A stretch of DNA of 64,000 bases, from positions 64,637 to 128,636 of the forward strand of contig JAHLWZ010000197.1 in assembly GCA_020536535.1 (NCBI GenBank). The letters are read 5' to 3'. Below are positions 15,344 to 27,300 of the stretch, one piece after another (the stretch's first letter is position 1; each line of letters begins with the position of its first letter). The position numbers were made by a program, and so were the translations under genes. The notes under the pieces were generated by a model, which did not search any database, was not told the DNA's origin, and saw only the letters and a program-made list of their open reading frames with translations. This DNA comes from Pelomyxa schiedti (taxonomy: Eukaryota > Protista > Evosea).

Positions 15344-18300
15344 TCACATCCTCCTGTACACAGTAGGAAATTGTGCATTTGATGTTGTTGGATTTTGTGG
15401 TTGTTGATATCCACGTGGCTGCGGCACAAACTGTGGTTGTTGTTGGGTTGTTTGTTGTTGGTTCATGGGGGAGTAATGGGGTGTACCATACGGCGTGTGT
15501 TGAACTTGTGTGGGTGGTTGGTAACGGTACCCTTGTTGATTGATGGTTCCTTGGGCGGGGTTCATGGGCATTCCAGTAATAGTTCCTGGGTAACCACCGG
15601 AATTATTCATGTACATAGGTTGTGGAATTCCGGGAGGAGTTTGTGGTTGCTGCTGTAGCCGGTGCTGCTGTTGCAGTTGCTGCGCAGAGGAGGTCAGGCC
15701 TATTAGCTGCTGGCCCGGGGTGAGTTTGTTGGAGGTGTTTGGGTAGTTGGCAGGGGTGAAGCCACTGTAGTTCTGGAACTGCTGTGGAGACATTGAGGGG
15801 ACTACACCAGGGGTACCAGTTGGGTTGGACGAGCGAGAACCATCTGGTAGGGTTGCGTAGGTTGTGGCTTGGAGTGGTGGTTGCTGTTGTGGAAGTTGTT
15901 GCTGAAGAAGTTGTTGTTGAAGAAGTTGTTGTTGCTGTTGCTGTTGATACAGAATTTGCTCTTGCTGCTGCTGAAGCTGCGCTTGTAGTATCAGCTGGTC
16001 AAGTTCATCATTAATTGGTGTTAGGTCTCCTTCCATTGTACTTTTCTCTGTATCCATCTCCATTGCTGCACTCTGCTGGCTTGATGCAAAACTCTGGGCT
16101 GTCTCCAGTAAATTCTTTGCTTCCGCTAGGTACTCTTGTACTTGCTTCTCAAGCAGTATAAGTACTGTGCGGTCACCCGAAGCAGCCAGCACGGCGTTAG
16201 TCATCTCTGAGCACTTATGGGAAGCCTCATTACGAATCTGATCCAACCGACATTTGTGCTCTTCCAGTGCTGTCTCGTCAATCATCTGCATTTGGCTGTC
16301 TGCCTCTTCAAGCTTGTATTGGAGTGCCTGCATCTTTTCTGTGAACAAGCTGTGGCGTTCTGGGAATCTCTCGAGGCTTGTAATTCGTTGCTGGAGATCT
16401 GAAAGCATCTTCGTCATTGCTTGGTAGTTATCCCTCATATTTCCTAGATACATGTGGTAGGCACCCTCTTCTTGTTTGAAGTTCCCTGCAATTTCTTCCA
16501 TTTCTTGAAGCATCGTTTGGGCACGGTTATTGACAGGGCTTGGAATAGGTGGTACTGGGTGTGGAGGTATAACGCCTGGTTTGTCAATTGGGAGTGGAGC
16601 GGGCCTAGGTGGACCGATATAATTCAACGCCCCGTCAGTAACAGAGGATTGCAAGGGCGGTTCTACACGGGTTTTTTTTAATCCTTCATAGGCAGAAAAA
16701 AAGAATTACCAGGGAGCTCTATACCATGCCAAGTAATCTCTCCCGGAAGATTTTTCTCTTCTTCTTCTTCAACAGGTTTTGGTGGAGGAAGAACAGACAC
16801 CTGCAAGTTGTCAACTGGCTCGTGATACTATATTGTCAATGAGTGAACATAAAAATACTATGCTGAATCATACTTCATTTGCTGGGACAGTTGAAGCGTG
16901 CTGTTGGAGACAACGTGAGCATGCGGAAAAACCGAGAAATATATTCAAAAAAAAAAGAGAGATAATGAACCACTGACATTGGCAATGGCCACAAGCAGAC
17001 TGCCACATAGAGTATGAAGTTGCCGCATTAAATAGCAATAATTTCCCACTCTCAAATTTCCAATCAAGGATTCTATATCCTTTTGTGTCACATTGTCTGT
17101 AACCTATGGATGTTGGGTGAGGTGTTCCCAGCAAATCTGGGCAGGAATAAAACAACGAGGATACATACAACTGCTGAGTAATCACCAAAAAGAGATTTTA
17201 GTGCACCTTCCTGGTTTAAACCCAGTTTCTCAAGCTTCAAAAACCCAACAATAGCATTTGCTACTGCATGGAAGCGCTTTTTTACCTCAATTGTTCCTTT
17301 CAGGATCTTTTTTTTTGAGAGAAAATTTAATGGAAGTGGTGAGTAAGGTATTCATTTTTTGTAGATGGTGTTCCCATACCTCTTCCACTTTCTTTGAGAA
17401 ATTGGACTGAACAGATTCAGGGGGAGCCATGTCATACTTGTCAGGCATCCCAGCAAATAACCACTGCTTCGCTCGGTATTTGGTCAAAACGTTTATTACA
17501 ACGACCCCAATGCACGCAAAACGCTGATTCTTGAGGGGTGCAAGGGCGTTTGGCATCACCTTGGAAGGTAACAAGTGCGTCCACACTGCACCAAGGTAGG
17601 ACTCGGGCTGATTTTCTGAGGGTTGAGAACGTAAACCACGTTGTAGGTTTTCAAGAAGCTGTGTCAGGAGCTGCATTAATTCTCTGATGTGTTCTTCAGT
17701 CTCTCCTGGATTAAAGATCAATTTTATGCAGGGAAGTGCATGTGGAAAAACCTTTGAGAGCTCTTTCGAACTGAGCGTAGCAGTGACTCTGCAACGGTCG
17801 CTTGAATTCAGGTTGCAACCTGGTGTATGTCATTGCTCAGGATAGGAATAAAAAAAAAAGATTAGGAGGAAGTGTGTACCTATTTAACTGAAGTTGAAGA
17901 GAAAAATCGAGTTGATCCTGACCTTCAGTACGCTCAAGTTCTGGATGCTAGAAAAAAAAAAGGTATTAAAACAAGATCTGATGTTGTGGGACTGGAACTT
18001 GATCAGCTGGGATATCAAGGATGTCAAGAGGAAACACTGTTCTCATGCTCTCCACATCGGTCAACATAGCTTTGCCAGCCAAATAGCGCTCAATCACCTG
18101 TTTGTGGGGTGTCGGCAATCACACCGAAGGGAAACTTGCACACATGTCTCTGAAGTCTGTTGGCATCAAAATGTAAGTTACATCTTTTTCCATTGGCTGG
18201 AATTTGGCAATGTGTCACAAGGGTTCTTTCAATATCCTGCACAGGACCTCCCGTGACCAAAATTTCTATCGTGTGAAGGCAAATGTTATGGAGGGTAAGT

Positions 18301-21300
18301 GAAAAAGAAAGCGAACGGAGATAAGTTGAGTTCGGAATGGCATCAACGTTGTAGGAGCTGGAGTGAGATGATTGTTCGAAAATGAATCCAAAAGGGTTGA
18401 TTTCATCTGTGGGTATTCTTAGATAATGTGGAAAAAAAGAGAGATTCCCGCCTGTGTCAGACTCATTTCGAAGTTGAATCAGTGAGTTTTGAATTTCAGT
18501 CATTGTTCTGATGACAGTGAAAAGAAGGTCTCCTTTGGTCACATCTTTCCAACTCACTAACTCAAAAAATGGAGTCTCGGGTCCAATCTCCGGTATTTTT
18601 ATACTGTAATAAAAGGGGAGTTACACTGAGTGGGAAGGTAGGCACGGACACATACTTGAGTTTTACATCATTGAATCCTGTCACAATGGCCTTCCAAGCA
18701 TCCAGGAATTTCAGGTAGGCTGAAGAAATAGACTCTTTATTTGCTGGGGAGTTGCAACCAACCCATTCAACACAGTCAGAAAAAGTGCCAACAATTCGAT
18801 CTTCTGTTGGGAAAATGAGTGGAATATCCAGATGGAAGCACCGTAGAAAACCTTTCATCAGTGGTGCAAACACAGAATTCAGCAGCTGGTAAAAATGAAC
18901 CAAAGTAGGCAAGTGTGAGAAAACTCTCAACACAGGGGCTTTTTGCAAGAACGTTGCAAGAAGCCCGGTGGATGAAAGTTTTTTGCTCTGGCTCTGGATG
19001 AGGTCATAGAATTCGCCACCACCTATGATACATGAAGGAAGAAGTGCCATAGCTTCGGTCCGCCTTGTTGTGACATTTTTGGTTCCAGGTTTACTGTACC
19101 GGAAGAGGATTCCATCAAAACATTAGCATGAAGGAATGTGAATTCGAATTACATGTCTTCAAGACTCAAGAGTTGCAGCGCTTCATGGTCTTGAAGAAGT
19201 GCGGTGAAAATTTCTTCTGACGTGATCTGGCCAAGGAAGAAGTCTCTGGCATTTACAGCCAGTGTCGAGCCAGGTGAGAGAAGCTGAAAAGAAGGAACCT
19301 TAAAAATTGAACAAAAGAAAGTAAAAATACCTGTGAAACAGCTTGGACAATCTCTGGCTTGATTTTGCGTAGTTGTGCTGAGAGGCCTATCGGCCCACTT
19401 AGAGTGGAAGCAAGGAGGCCCAGAAGAGTGGTCCTGCTGGCCGCTTTCTTCACTTGAAGTAAAACGTGTTCTCCTTCTGGGGAAAGATGTGAAACACAAT
19501 CGTGAGTGCGTAACCGGAACTCTTGATTGTTGTACCTCTTGGGAATGATGTAAGGATCTTATAAGCATCCTCCAGTGTTTTGATTTCCAACGTTTTACAC
19601 GATTGGTCCCCCCTTGATGGGCACATGAATTTAAGCAGAATGTGATATAAAAGAAATTCCAGAGGCAAGTGTGTAGTTGGAATTTGGGTGGGGGAAAGAA
19701 GGTCTGGTGAGTATTGGTAAGTTTCTGCAGAAAATGAAGGTTTTGTATCTGCTATTAACTGTTCAGGAAGTGGTGAAAGCAATGGATAAGTGGTGCATAT
19801 AAAAGAGAGAGGTTAGCCAATTTGGAATGTCAAGAAGTCCATACATCAGAGGTGAGCTGAAGAATTTCAGAAATCCAAGCACTCGGTTTTGGTTCAAGCC
19901 ATGAAAAAAGAAAGTTGGCAACCCAACCAATGTTTTCAGTGATTTTTTTGCAATAGACCCTCCAAACAGGATTACTTACGAAGTCTTCATGTGAATCATT
20001 GCAAATCTGTGAGTAATATTAGGAAACCCTCATGCACAAAGAAAAACGTGGAAAAGACTGAAACACAAACGGAACTAACTTGGAGGAAAGAAGAGAAATT
20101 GGCCTTGGCGTCATCGGAAAGCATTGACTTTTCTGATTCCTGAAGCATGTAGTCAACAACACTGCACATTGATTGTATATCTTCGCCTGTGGACCTGGAG
20201 GGATCAGGAGGAAGAAGGTTGAGGGCAAGGAGCAGTCCAGCTTTCAACCGTGTGCTGGGGGTGTAAGGTGTTGACACAAACTGTCCCAGTATTTGGGGCA
20301 AGCCAGGGTTCTGGGTGAGGAAAGAGAAAGTGGGCTTTAAACCTGGTGCCCGGTAATTGGAGAGGAACACAAACACAACGTGCATCGCATCAAGCTTCAG
20401 AATTGCATCGGGACTGTTTGAGAGAAGGGTGGCCAACTCGGGCCTTGACTTCAAGGTGCTGAAGAAGTGGTGGTAAACTTGGCCCCAATTCACAGTGGCA
20501 TTGGAATCGAGCTTTGGCCCTCCAGTGAGGATTTCCTTTGTTAACCGCTCCCACAGCAGATCAGTGGTGAGTGTTGTGACCCACTTCTCCATCTCTTGAA
20601 GTTGGTTTTTCTCAAACCTTGGTGGCCTTCTGCACCTGTCAAACTGCTCTGGTGTCAGGGCAGGGTTAAGAAGCTGCAAAGGAGTGACAAGCGCCTTGAA
20701 ATAACTGATTTCAGGTTCATAGAACCTCTTGATCACAAACAATTCAGGGATGTCTTCCACAAGGCCTATCTTGAACGCTCGGAGAGAACTGAGAATCATT
20801 TCCATGAACCGGCCCAGCCTGCCCTCTAAATCATCAGTGTTGGTGGAGCCCAAAAGCTTTCTGAACTCTGAGATATGGAGGGTGGAGAGCTTCAGTGACC
20901 TGGTCACAAAATCCCGTTTGAACATGTCGAACAAAGGTTGGTTCGTGATGCTCTCAAGAAGTTCGGCAAGGAGCTTGTTTGACTTGATTGACTCGAGCAC
21001 TTTCCCATGCAAAATTTGGGGAGAGGCTTTTTGATGGCGCAGCTCTCTGGCTGCACGAATGACCTGGGTGTTGACAAGATGTGCAATTGCATCATAAAAA
21101 GGGAGCTCAGGTGGAAATGGATGTGTCCTCAAGACAGTGACAGTGGGGGTAGAATTCAGCTGCTTGGAATTGGTGAGCACCGATTTCCCGAGTTGAGGGA
21201 TTGGAATGGTGCAGTAAACGCGGTGGACCAACTCCAACAGTTTACCTTTATGACGATTATTAAACATGTTCAGCACAGAATTGAGTCCAAATGAGGAAAG

Positions 21301-24300
21301 CATCATCTGGAGCATTGAGCTCACCAGTGGAGCCATGAAGTTGTGAAGAGAAGAAGAAATTGCAGTAACAAAGCTCACCACACAAGACCCACGGAACAAC
21401 TCCGTGCTCGCTTCACACACGAGTTTATTGAGGAATCCAGAAGTCCAGGAACGGCTGAACTGCTCGAGAATCCCTTCATACAGAACTGGGTTCTCTTCGA
21501 AAAGTTGTTTCAGGATCTGGAACCTTTCCTCACTTTTTGCTGCAATAAGATTTTGTGGGGAACCATGTGTGTCCACGTTGTTCGGTTTCCCATAAAAGTC
21601 CTTTGCCTGCTCATTGTCAAGTGTGGAGGTTGTTGTGTTGAGCCCACTGCCAGTCATGAATTTGCAAAACTGCTGAAGGAGTTCGAAGAAGAAACCTCTG
21701 AATGTGTCCACTTCTTGGGTTGAGGAATCCCGTTTCATGCGGTCAGACTCACTGTCCCTCAGGTTCAACCCAAACGCTCTCGCAAGCCATGGGCGTGGGT
21801 CGACTTCAGTGTGTGGATTTGCTCCAGACGAACCAGCCACAACACCCAATGCATCCACATAAAGGAAGTCCCAACCCTTGAGGAAAATTGCTTGGTAAGC
21901 ACTCCCAGCTCTCAGCCCAATTTCTGGTGAGAAGTGCAGCAGGAGAACAGCAACACGGTGGAGATGTTGCTCACGTTGTTGCTGTTCCTCCATTACTTTC
22001 CACCTTTCATTGATCTCATTCCTCAGGAAGTTGATTTGATTTGGAGTTGCAACTGATAGGTCAGCAACACACAACAAAAGAAGTTTCTTGGGAGAACAAC
22101 AAAAATCATGGACACGGGAAGAACATTGTTGACTTGATGACATCTCACCAAGGCTCAACACTTCCATCCAATCCTCGGGGTTCTGCTCTGCCCCTTGTGG
22201 AACAGAACCAGTTTGAACAAGCACGTCAAACATCTTCCTTTGGAGTTTTTTGTCTGTTGGAAGCTTGATGATTTCAGCACTGGTTCGTGTGAACACACAC
22301 CATTTTGACGCGTATTCCCCTCTCTGGGGAACAACCACTGTTGTTCCTGTTAGTTCTATTCCCTCTCCAGTTTGATCACCCGTGGCACCCAAGAATTTTG
22401 ACGGTGCATGAGGAGCAAAGGAAAAATGTGCTTGACAGAGGTATCCAAGGAAACGGTAAAACGAGAAATGCTCCTGCTCCAAAAGGTAATTGTGCTTGTA
22501 CCTCACTGGGAGCTGCTTGCAAAAGTAAATCGACTCTGGTTTTGCAAGCTGAAGAAGGTGAAGGTTGGCTGAGATCATGTATTCCCGCATGTTCTGCTCC
22601 CAATGATCTCGTGCACCAAAAAGTTCAAGTGTTTCGGGTTGAGTGCCAAGCAATGGGGGGAAAAGAGGGACAAGGGAATTGGGGTCTTCCTCTTGAGCCC
22701 GAAGTTTGCTCATTTCAAGTGTTCGTTCCAACACAGTGAGAACAAGTGAACTCACAGTTTCTTTTGGAGTCACACCATAAAACAGTCGACTGTTGGCTGC
22801 AGTGGTGTGCAGCTCATGTACCATATTCTGCGCCCCATTGCACAAGACTTCATAAGGATGCAAAGGTACCCGGCTTGTAGGGGAGATGAGTTTGGTGAGA
22901 GGTATCATCTGAAGCCTCTCAAAGAGTGCATCATCAATTCCAAGGCAGTATTTCTCAAACCGGTTGAGCAGGGGAGTAGGAATTGTCTGAAGGGAGGATT
23001 TCGGCACATGAACGATGACACGGAAGTTGTCATGAACAAGGCACGGCTGTGAGAACGACCCAGCAGCGAGATTGGCGTAACAAAGCCTTGTGCTGGAGTT
23101 GGTTGGATCCTTTGCCATATCTTGCTTGTTCTTTGGCATGATCGTATAATGTCGGTTGAAAACATCATAAAAAGAGCTGTGGATGCTGGCAGAGTTCACC
23201 AAGACAATAGTTTCCCCCTTTTCCATTGCCACTTTGACTTTTTCCACCACTGCTGCTTTCACTCTCTGGTCACTGTCGTCTCGAAAATCCCCAATATAGC
23301 ACACACTGGTTTGGTTGCGATCGCACAGTCCCAAGTCAAAAAGCAAAGATACTGCAACTTCGTTTTCAGTTGGATCGAGCTGTGGAAAAGATCAGATACA
23401 ATTTTACTGGTGTTTTTTTTTTTTCAACACACACCAGCATGATGTATCTGAACGGGGCAGTGTTTGGGTCATCAGCATCAGTGAGTCTCTCTGCCAGACT
23501 CTCCTTGATGGAGGCAATCTCCGTTCTTCGTTGCTCAGTTGCAGGTTCTGTCCATAGTGGCTGCCCATATTTCTTCAGTGCTTCATTGATGTTGTAAAAG
23601 AAGTTGGCAACAAGTTTGTCAAAATCACTCTGAACAAGTCCCCCAAAGTTTCGACGTAATCCAGCAAGAACCACATCCTGGGAAATGTGGAAAGCATCTC
23701 CTGCTCTGTTTCCTTCTGAACAGTGTTTTCCAAGATAACGGAGGAAATAGACGAAGTCTCTGAGGTGGAAGAACCTTGCTGGGTAAGGTGACCCATAAAA
23801 TCTATTCACTTCTGCCTGATAGGCTGTGCAAAGTGCTCCAAGAATTTCTCTTGTTGCCCAAGCAATACCGCTTGTCTCATTCCCATATATGCACCCTGAA
23901 ATTCAGAGTTACAAGCAGTGGGTGGGTGAGAAACTATTTTCTCAAACCTTCAGCCAAAGTCTGCAAATCTGTAAGTGGTGGCTCACTCTGTAACAACATC
24001 AGTGTTCGATTGGTCTTGGCCTCATCAAGAATCCTGTTGGACAACAACACTGAAGAAACTTTGGGGTGATCCAGCTTGAAATGCAAAATCTAGCAAAAAG
24101 AGTCAAAGGAAAAGATTTTGTTATCCTGCTTTGGTAGTTCACACCTTCAATGGAGACTTCTCCTCGTTGGGAAGTCCAACTTCATCAAGAAGGACAGCAC
24201 AACGTTCTCTGGAGTTGGGAGGGAACGTACCTTGCCTCTGAATTGCAGATTCATAAACAGACTTGATTTCTGTATCGGTGGACTGCTCACTGCACTGATA

Positions 24301-27300
24301 CCGGAAAGGGAGCACATGGTGCAAAGCCCGATAAAACTCTTTTGGAGATGTCTGTCCCTTCATGTTGTCAACAGCAACCTTGAAACTGAGTGTCTTGGAG
24401 CAACCACTGGGTAAAGTTAGACAATCAACGGGGGGATGTGAGAGCGTACGGAGGACCAACAATCACCAAAGGAATCTTGGCATCAAGGCACACAACAGTG
24501 CAAAACAGGTTTTCCATGAATGCGTTGGTCTTGGCAATTCCAGGTGGAAGATGGGTGTTGTTGCACAACGAGTTGAGTACACCCTTGTTGAGGTAATCAT
24601 CCCACATGTTGAGATATTCCGGGGCATTGTTGAAGTTGCTGTTGATGAACTTCAGAAGGGAATCCTGAAACTGATCCCTTGTCCAAGGTGTTTTGGCTTG
24701 GGTTGCTCGAAGTGGATTCTCTGAAGGCACCCTGCTCTGCTGCTCAATGAAGTCCCGTGATGGAAGTCGAAAGTAATATGTCATTGCGATCGAAATTGCC
24801 TTTTTTTGGGTCAAACCAAAGAAAGAGGGGAGGAAAAAAAAACTAGGCAACCATTGCTTGCCAATGAACGTGAGTGCCGTAATTTGATTTCGAAGGATTT
24901 GGAAGATTGCACATGAACTGCTTGTGTTGGAGAAAGTAAATGTAAAGATCAATGGCTCGAACAATGTCTCGGATGCTGGCAGCAACACGGTGGATGTTGG
25001 CTCTATTGACAAAGTCTTGACCAAACAAGACAAGTGATGTGAATTGATTCGCACAGGTTTCATCAACAGCCGCGTAATCCTTCAGGCGAGATGATATCAA
25101 GCCGCGGGTGAAACTCTCCTCTTGCTGTTTTGTCAACTTGCCAAAGTCGACAGTCATCTTCTCCATTGAGAGAGGAGGTGGTCTCACTGCAAAGGATTTG
25201 CTACCAGACTTGTTGGGGACGCCAACAAAGTCAAACTGGTATTGCTGTGAAATTGAAGACCTTTCCACATCCAGGTTTTGCCTTGCACGGTTAGCCGCGG
25301 GTGGAGCGGCACTGTTCTCGTTCTTGTTGAGTGCGGCCACAAAGAAGATGTTCTTGGGAAGTGGTTCGCCATCCAACCTTGAGTCACACATCACCTCCTT
25401 CACCATTCCAAGCAAGCTGGTTGATGTGCACTCGTCAATGAAGCAGACGACCTTCGCATCTTTTGGAAATCTTGTTAGTGACTCCTGGATCTTATTTATC
25501 CTTGATCTGAATTCATCTGCAGAAATACGCTGGTGCATGCGAATCCGGTGAAAGACTGTCTCAAATTTGGCATTTCTAAATGACTTCACCAAATCAGCAA
25601 GAGTATTTGGATCCCACGGTTCTCCAGGATTGTCTGGCTGTTTTTTTTATAAGGGAGAGGATTTAAATTAGTTTCTGTTTTGGGGTGTTATGTATGTTCT
25701 TTGTTGACGTAGACTTTTGTATTGCCACTTACTTGGGGAGTCTCAGTCATAACTCTTAGAAGAGTACCCTCCCGTACAATGTATTTGCGCTTCTCCAAAT
25801 TTTTCTTCACGAATTGTATAATCCCGCCCGCGAGCTGGGGGAGAAGGTCATTGTGGGTGTTGAACAGGTCAAGCACAAATCGCTGGAAGTAATCATTGTC
25901 ATCCAACCACTCAAGGCAGGTTTTTGCAGCTGTGTGTTGGGGAGCCACTATTTTCAGAGGTGCTTGAGGGATATCAGTTCGTGGTCTTTTTGGGCGGTCG
26001 GCATCACATTGAGTCCAAATCGCTTCACACTGAGCCAGTAAGGCTGGGGGAACAGCTGGGATTCCACTGAGCATTTTCGAGAGAACAAACTTCTTCATCT
26101 TGAAAGCCAAGTCAGGCATCATCTTTGCTCTCGAATTGATGATGATGCTGAATACATTTAGGAGTTCTGTTTTTCCAGTTCCTGTGCCTCCACAAAGGGT
26201 GAGATTGTGTCCTGCATTCATGTGGTCATAAACAAGTAACATCTTCAGTGCAAAATCGGGTGTGAGGATGTACTTCTCCCTCTCAATTATTTCCAAAAGA
26301 TTTTCCATTCCAAACGCCAATTGCAATTGTTGCCGAAGTAAACCAGGGTTCTTTGCCATTGCCAATGTAAAAATCATGTCATTTGGAAGAGATAGGCCTG
26401 GGGGAGGACGTTCCATCAAGGCAAGTGCCGTTGGAAGTTGGAGTCCTGCTGCATCTTTTCTCCGGGCGTTTTCTCGGGCAATGTAAACTTGTTTCTCAGA
26501 ATCGAGAGTGGGATTGCACAAAAGGAAGCTCTCTTCCACAAGCATCTGAAAGAGTTTGCTGATTAACACCATTCCTTTGAGGTTGTGGGCCTCCTCGGGA
26601 TTATTCTGGAGTTCCAGTCGTTGGTGGGCATGAAATGAAAGCCACGTGCATCGATCTGCAAGAAGTGATACAAAGTGGTGCTGCATCATTCTATCTGACT
26701 GGAGGGAAACAGTGGAAACAGTTGCTGGTTTGAAGGAATGGAAAAAGTCCTCGAGCACAGTTGCCGCAGGCCCAAAGGAAGGAGGGTTTGCATCAAGTTC
26801 TTCCACAAGGCCAGATGGTTTGTCAAGAAGGTTCTTCGCCTTGGCTTGCAAGAACTTCGCGACAAGTAAGGCACTGTTATCCACAACAAAAGGGAGATCA
26901 CACTGCTTCACAAAGGCTCCAAGGTGGCTCAGGATGGGAATATTCTCAAGAACAAGCTCGGTGCTCTCAAATCCAAAACCTTCCAAAGCATCAGAGGCTG
27001 GTGCAGCTGCCAGCTCAACAAACAAGTTCCACCTGAGGTTTTCCCGAGAAAGGGGCACCATCTCACCTGTCTCAGCGTCCCACACAACACTCCACATGAG
27101 CATGTTGTAAAAGAAGGTGGAAACGACATTCATGTCGGCATAAGCACTGATGTCGAAGTGAACATTGGCCACAAAGGGAGTCCCCTCAGCACCACTAACA
27201 ACTTTCAACATAGGGGACAGTTTTGGGATCACATCAGACACAGAGAAGCACTCGGTCATGCTGATGCACAGTGGTTCCAAGTTCTGCTTGCACTGTTCCA

